From NCBI RefSeq assembly GCF_009834535.1, contig NC_045697.1, positions 102,116,001-102,180,000 on the forward strand: a stretch of 64,000 bases of DNA. Reading direction: 5' to 3'. This stretch comes from Camelus ferus. Taxonomy: Eukaryota. A program made the translations under genes and the position numbers. The notes below the pieces were generated by a model. It was not told the DNA's origin, ran no database searches, and saw only the letters and a list, made by a program, of their open reading frames with translations. Of this stretch, positions 1 to 13,712 are shown in pieces. The number at the start of each line of letters is the position of its first letter. Position 1 is the first letter of the stretch.

Positions 1-38
1 CAAAGATAATGGATGAAATTTGTTTTCACAAACATATG
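1..38 (+). CDS. Candidate exon end of an unidentified plus-strand gene (KIMDEICFHKHM)
   Basis: One open frame ending at a consensus donor ATG|GTGAGT; protein not recognised. Confidence 0.25.
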
Positions 39-384
39 GTGAGTAGTCTCCCTTTAAAGACATGATGATCATGTCTTTAAATGTAGGTTCAAGTTGTTTA
101 TCTGCGTCTTTAACACTGCTAGTTCCTCATTATAAGTGCATTCCTCATGAAAACTAAGCCTGTAGCCTGTTTTTGTTTCTACTCGTTTCAGATTTTTTCC
201 AATAACAGTGACCTCCCTGGTGTTGCTGTGGGCTTCATGCCTCTCTCGTCTTTCTTGACTGCCTTCACTCCAATCAAGAGTATCGACAGCTCCCGACATT
301 GCTGAAAGAAGTCCTTGAAGAGGTAGCACAATTTGTTAATCCTTTGTTCTTTCTCATTTAGTAGAAATAGACATCTTTTTATTC

Positions 385-570
385 CACTGAAGATGCTCTT
401 GCCAAGGTCACTGATGACTCATTTTTTGCTAAAGCCAGTGAACACTTACAAGTTTTTATTTAATTATTTGACCTTTCAGCAGCATTTGGCATTACTGACG
501 ATTACCCTTTTCTGGAAGCACTGTCATCCCTTGGCATCCAAGACACTGCACTCTCCATGTGTTTCAGGTC
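385..570 (+). mobile_element. LINE-2 fragment
   Basis: L2-like motifs CTTGCCAAGGTCACTGATGAC...TTGACCTTTCAGCAGCATTTG...CCCTTGGCATCCAAGACAC. Confidence 0.55.
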
Positions 571-765
571 TCTGAAGCCAGACTGTCTGGGCTCAGCTCT
601 TGGCTCAGACACTGATTAGCTACATGACCTTGAGTAAGCCACTCAACATCTTTAGGATTCAGTTTCCTTGTAGTTAAGAATAATAACAGTACCTATCTCT
701 TAGGGTAGGTGTGAGGACTTATGTAAAATCCTGCATAAAATGATTCAAATAATACTTGGCACTTC
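570..765 (+). mobile_element. MIR SINE
   Basis: MIR core-like ATGACCTTGAGTAAGCCACTCAACATC...TCAGTTTCC...AATAACAGTACCTATCTC. Confidence 0.7.
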
Positions 766-1104
766 TGCACCACTTAAATCAGCAGTGTGTGGTGTGCTGG
801 TAAACCAGCTCTCTGGAAAGTAAAGCCCTGATTTGTAGTGTTACCAATTTCTTTCATATAAATACCTTCCACGGCCTTAAATACACCCACCATTCCTGAC
901 TATTTAGCAATTGGCTTTCCCAGGAACTGGCTTCTGCGCTCTCCTGACAGCTACCTCTGTCCTTGGCTTTTTAATCTCCTCTGCTTGGTCTCCACTGTGG
1001 GCTCCCCTTCCTTCCACTTCTGAAACACCTTTGCTCTTTGGTGTTCTGTGCTAGGCTTTCCTATTGTTTTACTGTGTACCTTTCCTCAAAGCAATCTCAT
1101 CCAG

Positions 1105-1960
1105 TTAAAAAAGTCGATATATAGTTCACGTACTACACAATTCATACACTTAAAGTGTACAGCTCAGTGGTTTTTAGTACGTTCACAACATGGTACAACC
1201 ATCACCACCATCAATTTCAAAACATTTTTCATCACTTTCCAAAGAAACCCAGACTCTATTAGCAGTCAGTTACTCCTCCTCATCACCACACCCAACTATT
1301 AGCCACTTTCTGTCTCTAAAAATTTGCCTCTTTTGGATATTTCATATAAATGGAATCATATAATAACGTGGTCCTTTGTGACCGTCTTCTTTCACTCAGC
1401 AGAATGTTTTCAAGGTTCAGGTATGTTGTAGCTTGTATCAGTATTTCATTCCTTTTTATTGCTCAATGATATTTCATTGTAATGATGTGCCACATTTTAT
1501 TTATCCCTTCGTCAGGTTGTTTCTACTTTTTGGCTATTAGGAATAATGCTGCTATGAACCCTGGTGTATACGTTTTTGTGTTGGCATATTATTGTTTCTC
1601 TTGAGTACGTATCTAGAAGTGGCATTGCTATGCTCTATGGTAAATCTGTTTGACTTTTTGAGGCCCGGCCAAAACTGTTTTCCAAAGAGGCTATACAATT
1701 TCACTGGTAGTGTACAAGGAGTCCAATTCCTCTACACTCTTCCCAACACTTGTTATTATCTGTCTTTATGATTATAACCAGCTTAGTGAGTGTGAAATGG
1801 TATCTCTTTGTCACTTTTGATTTGCTTTTTCCTGATGGCTAACGATATTGAACATCTTTTCATGTGCCTATTGGTCATTTGTCTTTCATCTTTGGGGAAA
1901 TGCCTATTCATGTTCTTCATCCTTTTTAAAGTTGGGTCACTTGTCCTTTTGTTTTTGACA
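1105..1960 (-). mobile_element. Old L1 (L1MB-like) 3' portion
   Basis: Typical antisense L1M 3'UTR (TTAAAGTGTACAGCTCAGTGG...ACCATCACCACCATC). Minus-strand ORF 1783-1971 resembles the ORF2 C-terminus (MNRHFPKDERQMTNRHMKRCSISLAIR). Confidence 0.85.
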
Positions 1961-3290
1961 ATCTCATCCATTTTTATGGCTTTTTATTTGTATTCTTATA
2001 ATACAGCTTTATTCTCAAGAGTCTGAAAATATATCTTTTAGTCTGGATTTCTTGCCTGAGCTTCATAGTGCTCTAAAGCTACCATAAATGCAACAGGATC
2101 CTCCAAATGTGTTCATCTTTCTGAGTTCTTATTTCATTGAAAGGTCTCACTGTCCAGTCGGAAGCCTGGGTGTCATTCTTCTCATCTCTCTTTCCCTCTA
2201 ATCCAAACAGCCACTAAGTACTATTTCTTTTTACCTCCTAAAAAACCTCTAAAATTTTTATTTCTGTGCCAACCTTATCTAGCTCACCATCAAGAAATTT
2301 TCTCTGAGTATCTGTAACAGCTTCTTAACTGATTTTTTAAAGCTCTATTTCATTCTTTGCACTTTAGTGTGTATTTTAAAACACAAATCCTTTTAATGCT
2401 TTCCTTTCACTCTTAGGATAAAATTTAAATTCCTTAATATGAATTCTATAGAGGGGATAACTTCCTAATAACTAAAGCTACCAACAATATATTGGATCAA
2501 TTTAAAATGTAGGAGTTCCCTCCACTAGAAACATCTAGATAGAGGTTAAAAATGATCATGTTTCAAGGGTGATATGAGCAGTATTCATGCTTTGAATGAA
2601 AGGTACAAACCAATGTCTACTAAAACTACTAACCATTGTAACACACTATGATTTGAATTCATATGTGTTGTACATGGTAATAACCAAAAGTTTTGCTTAA
2701 TTATAAAGTCTCATGTAAATACAGATAAATATAAACAAACAGTTTTACAGTTGTAAAGAAAGAGTCATAAAAACACTATGTCATTTTATCTAAAAGACCA
2801 TCATACATTATAGGAAATTACTGAGCATACAATCAAATTGTCCTTGTAAAAGAATAATAGTAAAATTATAGAAATGATCAAAATTATAATTCTAGGCAGT
2901 CAGAAAATGTCAATACAGAATAAATAAAAATAAAGTCCATCCCTTTGGCAAAAAAATTGTATCTTCACATTTCAAGATCAATGGTATTTTTAGAACTGAG
3001 GAAAATTAGGGACTCTTTTGTTCATAAATATGCCTACTGCTCCAAATTTTCAGAGTGATCTTGAGCCTTCTGAGGTATATCTATGAATCTACACTAAAAG
3101 ACCCGAGGTCTACGGAGTGGAGACATAAGGTTTGAAGGGAAATGCTATAAAATACTTGTGTAAGAGTTTTTCTAATGGTTAGCCTTATTATCAATATGGT
3201 GTTTTAAAATTAAAAATAAATAATAAATATATGAAAAAAGACTTTAATAAAAGCTTACTGAAGGCTTGTGTAAATTTCTGTTTGTTTCAG

Positions 3291-3320
3291 AAAGATGCAT
3301 TACAAAGAATAAGACAATAG
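3291..3320 (+). CDS. Candidate terminal coding exon (KDALQRIRQ*)
   Basis: Good acceptor TTTCTGTTTGTTTCAG| followed by a short open frame ending in TAG; not recognised. Confidence 0.15.
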   Translation, partial: KDALQRIRQ

Positions 3321-4818
3321 TCCTGTGTTAGAAGTTACCATACAGCTCAATAACTAAATGGTAATCATTTGAGTTACAGAGAGGATTTGAAATGGACTAA
3401 CAGGAAAAAAAATTCCATTAAGGATTTTCTAATGGAAGATTTTAAAAAGGTTAAAAAAAATTGATCCAGAGACAAAACATCCATGTCTTGAAACCTGATC
3501 TCCAGTTTCTAGAGAAATATTACATAGCTGGTCATTTAATTTGTTTCTTGAATATTGTTTTTAAAATACAATTGATCACTATTATAGTGGCAAGGTATAC
3601 TTGGAAGGTAGCTAATCTCACCACTATACCACCACCTTACAAGATACATTTCTATGAAACTTTTCATAGATTTTTCTAAATTGAACAATAGTCTGATTTA
3701 CTTTCAAGGGGTAGAATTATAAAGGTCATGGTATGCCCTGACAGACTAATTATTACAGATAAAAGATGTCACTGAACACCAGCATGGCATCACTCATTAG
3801 CCTTGCCACACTGGCTCTAAAGTTCCTCAAGTACTGCCAACTACTTTAAATTTGATGTCACTAAGGACACATCATTAATTTGTTAAACTACTTTGTCTGA
3901 AGGGAATGAAAGATGGTTACATTATGTTCCTGGGGTGAAAGAGAAATAGAAGGAATCAGAATAACAAATGTCTCTTTTACTCACATTAATTCAGATGTCT
4001 AAGTGAGGATGAATTTTGAAGGAATGCAGAATAACATACACTGAACTACAGAGGCAAAATTCACTGAACTTAGGATATACTTGGAGCATCTTACCTCTGT
4101 AATCTTTTAAGACTGATTGTGTCCTTAAAATATAAGGTGATTATCTTCATTTATGTATGAATAATTTACATTTTAGTGTTTTGCCCTTATGGGGAGATTC
4201 TCTAAAATTACAATCAGATTTCAACTTATGAGTGGAATTAAATATTTATGTATGTAACAGTTGTTTTGCTCCAGAAAATGGGTAAAACACATACTTCTGG
4301 TAAATATTTCTTTAACATTTTGATCCTTAGAACTTACACTTGAGTAAAATATGAAAAAATTTAAATTCTAAATATATACACAGAGATGTTCTCACTTTTG
4401 TGCTTCAGGCAAATATTTGATATTTATATTTTTAACATACTTTAAATTATACAAGGATGCTTTTCATTATAAACATTTAGAATACAGATACCAAAAGTTT
4501 AAAAAAAATCTGTACTCTTACCTTCAGAGAAATCTTAAAACTGCGAATTTTCATTTAAGATTGTTAATTTTGCATGCAGATGATTATATCAACTAAAATA
4601 ATGAGAATTATGCATGTTTCTTTTATATTTTATCTCCATAGAACATTAGTTAGAATTTATAGAACAATGTTAAATATTAATGATAGTGGATACAGTATCT
4701 TGCTTTAATAATACTGCTTCTAACATTTTTAACTTGAAGCACAGTGTCAATGCTTAAAGTAATGTAAAGATTCTTTAACAACTTGATGTGTTTTCTTCTC
4801 TAATTTATTAAGATTATT

Positions 4819-6212
4819 ACAATGGAATAAAGACAGTGTCTTCAGCAAATTGTCTTGGGAAAACTGGACAGCAGCATGTGAATCAATGAAGTTAGAACAC
4901 TCCCTCATATCATATACAAAAATCAACTCAAAATGGATTAAAGACTTAAACATAAGGCAAGACACAATAAACCTCTTAAAAGAAAACAGGCAAAACATTA
5001 TCTGACATACATCTCTGCAATATTCTCCTACGGCAGTCTACCCAAGTAGCAGAAATAAAAGCAAAAATAAATGGTGCCTAATTAAACTTATAAGCTTTTG
5101 CACAGCAAAGGAAACCATAAGCAAAACAAAATGACAATCTGCGGAATGGGAGAAAATTTTGAAAAAGATGAAACTGACAAGTGCTTGATCTCCAGAATAT
5201 ATAAACAGCTCGTACAACTTAATAAGAAAAAAACACACAACCCAATCCAAAAATGGGCAGAAGACCTAAACAAGCAATTCTCCAATGAAGACATACGAAT
5301 GACAATAGGCACATGAAAAAATGCTTAATATCACTAATTATCAGAGAAATGCAAATCAATACTATGAAGTATCACCTCACACCAGTCAGAATGGCCATCA
5401 TTCAAAAGCCCACAAATGATAAATGCTGGAGAGGGTGTAGAGAAAAGGGAGCCCTCCTACATCGTTGGTGGGAATGCAGTTTGGTGCAGTCATTGTGGAA
5501 AACAGTATGGCGATTCCTCAAACGACTAAAAACAGACTTACCATATAACCCAGCAATCCCACGTCCTGGGCATATACCCAGAAGGAACTCTAATTCAAAA
5601 AGACACCTGCACCCCAATGTTCACATCAGCACTATTTACAATAGCCAAGACATGGAAACAACCTAAATGTCCATCGACAGATGACTGGACAAAGAAGAGG
5701 TGGTATATTTATACAATGGAATACTACTTGGCCATAAAAATGACAGCATAATGCTATTTGCAGCAATATGAATGTCCCTGGAGAATGTCATTTTAAGTGA
5801 AGTAAGCCAGAAAGAGAAAGAAAAATACCATATGATATCACTCATACATGGGAATCTAAAAAAAAAAAAAGACAAATGAACTTATATATAAAACAGAAAC
5901 AGACCCACAGACATAGAATACAGACTTGTGGTTGCCAGGGGGGAGGAGGGTAGAAAGGGATAAACTGGGAGTTTGAGATTTGCAGATACTGACAGGTATA
6001 TATAAAATAAATAAAGAAGTTTATAACTGTATAGCACAGGGAAATATATTCAATATCTTGTAGTAGCTCACAGTGAAAAAGAATATGAAAATGAATATAT
6101 GTATATTCATGTATGACTAAAAAATTATGCTGTACACCAGAAATTGACACAGCATTGTAAACTGACTACAACTGAATAAAAAAAAAAAAGAATTGCCAAA
6201 GTAGGGGGAAAA
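4819..6212 (+). mobile_element. 5'-truncated lineage-specific L1 (ORF2 C-terminus, 3'UTR, poly(A))
   Basis: ORF2 remnants ([15 protein letters not shown]...[13 protein letters not shown]...[10 protein letters not shown]); AATAAA and poly(A) at ~6175-6189; probable TSD AAGATTATT at 4810-4818 and 6213-6221. Confidence 0.95.
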
Positions 6213-6719
6213 AAGATTATTTTTGAAGCAGAAGATACTAGTATTGATTGAGAGTTATATTTTCCTACTTTCTTAAAACATATTAATAGATTTTACTTTT
6301 GATATAGTTTATATTTAACTTTGATCTTTATCAAAATAATATACATAAAATAACATAATTACATATTTGTATATAAGGACATAATAGATACATAGATATA
6401 TAGATACATATGTCTCCTGCCACATCTCTTTCCTTCCCTGAGTCCTCTTCCTTAGCAGTGTCCACTTTGCACTAGTTTAGTTATGCCAAGTGGCATTTAT
6501 TTCCACTGCTTTGTCTTTTAATTTTCTTGGTTTCTGTGGTTTGCCTTTTAATTTTCTTAGATATTGATTTATTTTTAATTTATTAAGATTAATCATATGG
6601 TCAGTATATGCTCCATTTTGGCAAATGTTGCATGTATACATGTAGGAAATGTCTTCTGCAATCACTGTCTAGTGTTTTCTAAGTATCAATCAGATCAAAT
6701 TGGTTGCTTTGAAAGCACA

Positions 6720-6862
6720 CAAACAAATGAAAAAACAGACCCAAGTATATACTCAGTCAGTAAATATATGTATGTATATGTGTAACTGAGTCACTATGCT
6801 GTACACCAGAAATTAACACAACATTGTAAACCATATTTGTATACTTCAGTTAAAAAAAAAAA
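6720..6862 (+). mobile_element. Short L1 3'-end fragment
   Basis: AACTGAGTCACTATGCTGTACACCAGAAATTAACACAACATTGTAAA plus poly(A), same terminus as the 4.8-6.2 kb L1. Confidence 0.75.
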
Positions 6863-7373
6863 CAGTTCTTTGTCTGGAGTCCTTTAATAGTTATCCATCT
6901 TACTAAGAAAACCAGCCAACAAGAACCCACATGATCAGTCCTTCTTACCTCTTTGATCTTGTTTCTTCAACTCCTCCCTGCACTCATTCTACCTTTTTGC
7001 TGCTCCTTAAACAAGTCAGACCTCAGAATCTTTGCACCTTGATGCTCATTCCCCCTGGAAAGCTTTTCTCCCTCCATAATTTGTTGGTTTATGCCTATTT
7101 TAAGACATCAAACATCACTCTTTCAGTGACATTTTAATTGTAACCAGCCCAAGACAACCTTTTTCTCACTTCTCTTACTATTTTCTGGTGCACTCATGAC
7201 CAACTAACATAGTATATACAGTCTACCTCACTAGATGTAAACTCTGAAAGGGAAGAATTTTTGATCTAACTTTTAAAATTTCTGGATCCCCAGAATCTGA
7301 AAGAGGGCCTTCCACAAAGCAGACTCTTGACAAATATTTGTTGAATAAATGAATGATAAGCTCTGGTCACTCT

Positions 7374-7887
7374 GTTTTTTTTTTTTAAATTGAAGTATAA
7401 TTGATTTACAAAGTTGGGTTAGTTTCTTGTGTACAGCATAGTGATTCAGTTATACATTTATATATATATTCTTTTTCAGGTTCTTTTTTATTTATTATAG
7501 GTTGTTACAAGATACTGAATATAGTTCCCTGTGCTTCACAGCAGGATCTTGTTGTTTATCTATTTTTTATATAGTAGTGTGTATCTGCTAATCCCAAACT
7601 CCCAATCTATCCCTCCCCGCTTACCCCCTGGTAACCATGAGTTTGTTTTCTATGTCTGTGAGTCTGTTTCTGTTTCATAAATAAGTTCATTTGTATCATT
7701 TTTTTTTAGATTCACATATAAGTGATATCTATGACATTTGTCTTTCTCTGTCTGACTTACTTCACTTAGTATGATCATCTCCAGATCCATCCATATTGCT
7801 GCAAATGGCATTATCTTTATTCTTTTTTATGGCTGAGTAGTGATGGACATTTAGGTTGCTTCCATGTCTTGGCTCTTGTAAATAGCA
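7374..7887 (-). mobile_element. L1 3' end with 11-bp TSD
   Basis: Poly(T) then AATTGAAGTATAATTGATTTACA...; TSD CTGGTCACTCT at 7363-7373 and 7888-7898. Confidence 0.92.
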
Positions 7888-8424
7888 CTGGTCACTCTAC
7901 ATTGAAGTAGGGATTTCTGTGGCCCTGGGAGCCTACAGTGAATTTTCCTAAGACCGCCTGACCAATGGGGTAGGAGAGAGGGAGGTGGGAGTGTGGAAGG
8001 TGGCAGTGTAAGGAGTGACACAGGGCAGGAGTGAAAAGTGGGGGAGCTGGGCAGAGCTCAGAAGCCTCCCTCTAGTTATGCCAAAGTTCACAGATTGACA
8101 CGGCAGCTTCTATGGGCTGTGAAATTGAAGTTTAAAGCAACTGAATGCATATTGAATCACAGTGCGAGCATTTGTGCAAGGCTGGAATTTGAAGGGGCCT
8201 GAGGGTTCACGTCTAGTATAGGTGATGTTGCAACGTTTCTCCCAATTCCTCTGACTTTGTCCTTAAGCTTTACTTATCCTAATTTTTCCCCCAAATTGCA
8301 AACTTCCCTTAAAAATGTTACTGCGTTCTGTTGCTGCCTTCTGTTTTCAGGCTGGTTGTTGCAGTAGGGCATGCAGAGAAACCACAGGCAGGTTTTATGT
8401 GCAGTCCGAAACTGAGATGAGTTC

Positions 8425-8588
8425 TTTTTTCTTTTTTAAATTGAAGTATGGTCCATTTACAATATTGTGTTAGTTTCAGGTGTACAGCAAAATGATTCAG
8501 TTATACATACACATATTTTCAGATTCTTTTCCATTACAGATTATTACAAGATATTGAATATAGTGCTGCATAGTAGGTCCTTGCTGTT
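8425..8588 (-). mobile_element. Short L1 3' end
   Basis: Poly(T)-AATTGAAGTATGG...GTAGGTCCTTGCTGTT; degenerate TSD TGAGATG(A/C)GTT on both flanks. Confidence 0.85.
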
Positions 8589-9483
8589 TGAGATGCGTTT
8601 CTTTATCTACAGGTTTATATGTAATGCATCAGCAGGACACACTTCCTTTCTGGGGTTGAATGCCGTGGTTTGGGCAGTTTTGTGGAATCATGTTGCAAGG
8701 GCAGTTGTTCTTAAAACAACATTCTGACCCAAATGAACTATGTTTGTTTATCTCTTAAATAAAGGCCCCATTTCTCTTTTTTCACTCAAAGCAGATATTG
8801 AGAATACACACAAACTACAAAAAGCAGTCTGGCTGTTAAAATGGAAGTGACAATTCTTCAGGCCAGGTATGTCAAGGTTGAATGTTTTCCCCAAAGGCCT
8901 GAGAGCTTGATTTAAAACAAGGAAACAGGCTGGCAGTTGCAGATAAGGCTTGACATATTCTCAGTATAAATGATGAAGGCGTCACAGGCCTGTGGTTCAT
9001 CTCCTTAAGGCATCTGAGAAGCAGCAAGGTATCCTGGTCATGTTTCTGAACAGCAGCCTATGGATGTGCTGGCATTTACCTTCAGTTCATCAGCTGTGGT
9101 CCTCGAGTAAAATCAAGTGAGCCTCAAACTACCTCTTGATAAGACAAAGTGCCACTCATCAGTACCAAGTTGCTCTACTGGGATACCCTTAATTTCCTAT
9201 TTTCCCAGAAGGAGGATGAGAAAAATAAAGAATTACTGCTCAATACTTAAGTTTTACTTTGCATTAAGTGAAAAAGCAAGACCTAACTCCTTTTCAGAGC
9301 CACGAAAGAGGAAATCTGGATTAATGCTGTCACCACAAATTGGAAGACACATTTATATCAGCATTTAACAGAAGCTAAAGGAAGACTAATGGGAACACAC
9401 ACACATGCATACACAAGAAAAATTAGTGCCCTACAGCAGAGGGAGAGATTTATATCTTTTTACATTGTGCATAAGATTGTTTC

Positions 9484-9700
9484 ATATAAAACAGATAAAC
9501 AACAAGGACCTACTGTATAGCACATGGGACTATATTCAACATCTTGTAATAACCTATAATGGAAAAGAATATGAAAAGTTATATATATATAACTGAATCA
9601 CTCTGCTGTACACTTGGAACTAACACAACATTGTAAATCAACTATACTTCAATAAAAAAAAAAGGTAGGAGACCAAAAAAAAAAAAAAAACCCAAACAAA
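9484..9700 (+). mobile_element. Short L1 3' end
   Basis: ATAAACAACAAGGACCTACTGTATAGCACA...AACTATACTTCAATAAAAAAA. Confidence 0.85.
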
Positions 9701-10550
9701 AAATCACTATGAGTTCTACCCTTTAAAAACAAACCCCAAAAGGACAGAAAAAGAAAAACAAACTAGTCAACCCAAAACTTGAAGTTGCAGACAAGGATAA
9801 CCATAAATAAAGGCGTGTAAAGCTAGGTTTATAGTAGGACATAAAGATACAGCTTATGGAAGAGTGTGACGGATGGTGTTGTGTGATGAGTAGAAGGTGG
9901 TTTTCAGCTTTCCCTTGTCGTCTATTTTATAAGGTCCCGTTTCAGGGAGCTTCCAGCGAACCTTCAGTCTTTCTTGCAGTTTCCACAAACATTTTCCTTG
10001 GCTAAGCGCGGGAGCATTCCTTATTCACTGGGGGACCTACGAGCAGTCAGACAGGTCCATCTCATATTCCCACGGAGCAGCTTGAGTAAAAGTCCGTGGA
10101 ACACACTTTCTCTGATCCTTCAGAGTAAAAACAAAATGCTATCGAATGACAGGAAATCCATTTTCCATTTATTTAAAAGATGCTAGACAACCGAAGACCA
10201 CATCTAATCACTCGGATGCCTACATTCCTTACTTTTGACTTCATTTACTTTTGTAAAGACAACTATTTCCAAGAAACACATTTCTCAGCAGAAAATGCCA
10301 GTTTCCTGAGAAAGAAAAGCAACTCCTGAAAGTGCGAGGAAGATAAAAGGAGATGGAAAGGAACTTAAAGACACTGGGTCCCAGACCTACTTGGTATCCC
10401 CTAGAGATGCCTCACATTTCCTCTCAGTCTCCTCAGCCCCTCCTGAAAGATCCCACTCTGAAAACAGCCCCTACTGTTTTTGCTGAGACACCAAGGGGCC
10501 GACCCTACCTCCCTGCGTCCATAGCAGGTGCTCAATAAATATTTGTTGAC

Positions 10551-11000
10551 TGTACTCATTTTCTCCTTTTGCTGTAACAGATTAACACAAACAAAATGTG
10601 CGAATTTATTATCTTACATATCTGGAGGCCAGAAATCCAAAATGGGTCTCCCTGTGCTGAAATTAAGGTGTTGGCAGGACTCCTTCTGGCGGATCTAGGG
10701 GAGATTAATTTCCTTGCCTTTGTAGGTTTTGGAGACCACTCACATCACTTGGCTTGCGGCCCCTTCCATCATTTAAGCCAAGTTCTTCTCATGCAGCTGT
10801 CTCTCTGGTTCTCCCTCTTCTGCCTCCCTCGTCCCCGTTTAAGGACCCTTGTGATGATATTGGGCTTACCTGGTAATCCAGGCTGATCTTCCCACCTTAG
10901 AATCAGCTCACTTCATTCCATCATGCAACCTTTTCCCCTCTGCCACGTCGCATAACATAGTCACAGATCCTAGGGATGAGGACACAGAGACCTTTAAGGG
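10551..11000 (-). mobile_element. MaLR solo LTR (MLT1-type)
   Basis: GCTGTAACAGATTAACACAAAC...TCTGGAGGCCAGAAATCCAAAATGGGTCTC...AAGGACCCTTGTGATGATATTGGGC...ATAGTCACAGATCCTAGGGATGAGGAC. Confidence 0.75.
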
Positions 11001-12259
11001 AGAGTGTGAGTGTAGGTGTACTTCGCAAACATTGATCGACTGAGTGAACAAGGTCAGAAAAAATCAGCTTTGCCGAGTCATCTGTTTTTCTAATTCAACC
11101 CATGGTTTTTGAATTAACAATGTATAAAGACCTAAAGTTTCAAAATAACCCAAAGAACTGGAAGTTCACATTCATCACTTTGAAAAGTGACTCGCCACTG
11201 ACTACCTCATGACTTTAAAAATAATAAATTATAATGATAATGGAAGATCAAATGATGGATGTCATAGAGTATTTAAATCTCTATGCTGTAGAAATAAAAT
11301 CACATTCACCAGAAAAATAAATTATGCAAAGGCTCAAAATCATGATGTGTATTTTATATCTGGCCTTCTGATCATGGTAAAACAATTGATATGGACTGAG
11401 GGAATGCCCCAAATCCCAGATACATCAGTTCCTGTAATCCTTGGATATAGATCCTCTTTAGAGCAAAGTCAAAGGAACTACATTGCTTTTATCACTATCC
11501 TGCTGGGAATACTGCTTAAATATATATGTTAACAATACATTTAAAAAAATTCCTGTGACATACAGCAGTGAACTTAGTTCTTTCCACCAATATCCTCATT
11601 GACTGCCATTTCAGTAAAGAGCAGCAAACTAGTGTAAGCACTTAACTGACTATTCCCACCCTCACCCACCTGGGTGAGTTTCACACCACAAAGAAACCCA
11701 GTTTTATACTTTCTCTCCCATCAGAGAAATAAAATCCTGCAAAAATGCAACCCCCTCTACCCAATTTGAAGGGCATGTAAAAGCAGACACTTAGATTCCA
11801 AAAGACATTTAAGGTTACATTAGCATCTAATATTTGTCATCATTTTATATGAAAATAACACTTTGAACGCAATTTTCCCAAACCATATCAACCTCCTGTT
11901 ACATCCTGATGCCTGTTACATCTACATGACAAAATCGACCAAATCGGGAGAAACAATCATCTCACTGGGAATTCAGAACCTCACATGTCCTCACTAATAA
12001 TACAACCTCGGTTTTGAGAGTTCTTCTGTATCAAGCTTTCCTTTGTGATCTCATGGCTGTAGATGACCACCATGTTTTAAGGCACAGTTGAAAGCAGCCC
12101 CCCTAAAAGTCAATTACAGTTGAATCACCGTCGTGTTGCTATACTTGCGGGTGCTTATTATCTGCCATTCATGCAAGTGTGTATCTGAAACCCATCAGTT
12201 TCAGCCAGTAATTTCCCATTTCCCAGAATATCTCTTAATATAATCCAAATCACTCTGCT

Positions 12260-12440
12260 AAGAGCATCCCATGCATTATCTTATTTACTTTAATACTAAG
12301 AAAGCTATCCCCCTGTACAGATAGTGAAGGTGAGGTGAAGCAAAATTAATATACTTAAAATCTTACCACTAGAAATGATGGAGGAGGGACCCTAACCCAG
12401 GCTATCCAAGGCCAGCATCCATGACTTTGAACCAGAAAAA
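12260..12440 (-). mobile_element. MIR SINE
   Basis: Degenerate antisense MIR (TACAGATAGTGAAGGTGAGG...AACCCAGGCTATCC). Confidence 0.5.
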
Positions 12441-12849
12441 TTAGCCTGACGATTCCTAGAAGCTAGTATGATTCTGGTTTATTCTTGTATAAAGAAATCC
12501 AGTGAAATAATTATCAAATGTTTAATATGCTGTATGGAAGAATAAGATCTTTCTAAAAGCTACCCAGTGCATCATTAACATCATACTATTACTTTGTTAG
12601 TGACTGAAATAGATGGTAGCACACAATTTGAAACAGACAATTCAGGGAGATTCAAGAAAAGTTTGAGTTTCTAAATCTTGTAAAGTGACAGAACTTTTTC
12701 TTTATTCCTTACTAAATTTTCTAAAATTTACTCTTCCATTTCAAAAATCACAAATTGATACATTATGGTAATAAGTATTGTTTTGATCTTTTAAAATTTG
12801 AGTAGCTACATTACACAATTACTTGTATTTCTATATGATACATTTAAAA

Positions 12850-13712
12850 TTAATTTTAATTGTTGTAAAAAACATATAATATAAAATTTACCATCTTAAC
12901 CATTTAAAGGGTACAGTAGTTAGGTTTATTCACACTGTTGTGCAACAGACCTCTAGTACATCATCTTGCAAAACTATATTAAATTCTATACTTATTAAAC
13001 AAACAAACAAACAAAATTCCCATTTCTCCCATCCCTCCTCAGCCCCTGGCAATAAGCAATCTATTTTCCGTCTCAGTGAATATGGCTACTTTATACACCA
13101 CATGTAAGTAGAGTCACACAGTATTTGTCTTTTTGTAACTGATTTATTTCACCTCAAGGTTTAACCATGTTGTAGCAAGTGACAATATTTCTTTCCCTAT
13201 TAAGGCTGAATATATCCCATTGTATGTATGCACCACATTTTGTGTATTTATTCCTTTGTTGATGGGCACCTGGGTTGCTTCTACTTCTTAGCTATTATGA
13301 ATAGCGCTGCTATGAACTTGAGTGTGTATTTCTTTGAGGCCTTGCTTTCAATTCTTTTGGATAAATACCCAGAAGTGGAATTGCTGGATCATATGCTAAT
13401 TCTATTTTTTATTTTTTGAGGAACCTCAATACTGTTTTCCACAGTGACTGCACCATTTTCCTTTTCCATCAACAGTGCACAGAGTTCCAATTTCTCCACA
13501 TCCTCACCAACACTTACCTACATGCAAAATAACAAAACTGACACCATTTACAAAAATTACCTCAAAATGGATGAAAGACCTAAATGTAAAACCTAAAACT
13601 ATAAAACTCCTAGAAGAAAACAAGGAAAAAAATTTCACAGTATTTGTGAAGTTTGACAATGATTTGTCAATGATTTCTTGGACATGACGTCAAAAGCAAG
13701 ACAACAAAACAG
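12850..13712 (-). mobile_element. Old L1 with 5' inversion
   Basis: Antisense L1 3' end 12850-13515 (…CCACATCCTCACCAACACTT) joined to a sense ORF2 segment 13516-13712 ([27 protein letters not shown]). Confidence 0.85.

Noticed and set aside
69..329. 86-aa minus-strand ORF
   Set aside because: Non-ATG start, no recognisable homology and no supporting splice signals.
5098..5666. Protein-coding ORFs of 72 and 117 aa
   Set aside because: Broken L1 ORF2 C-terminus.
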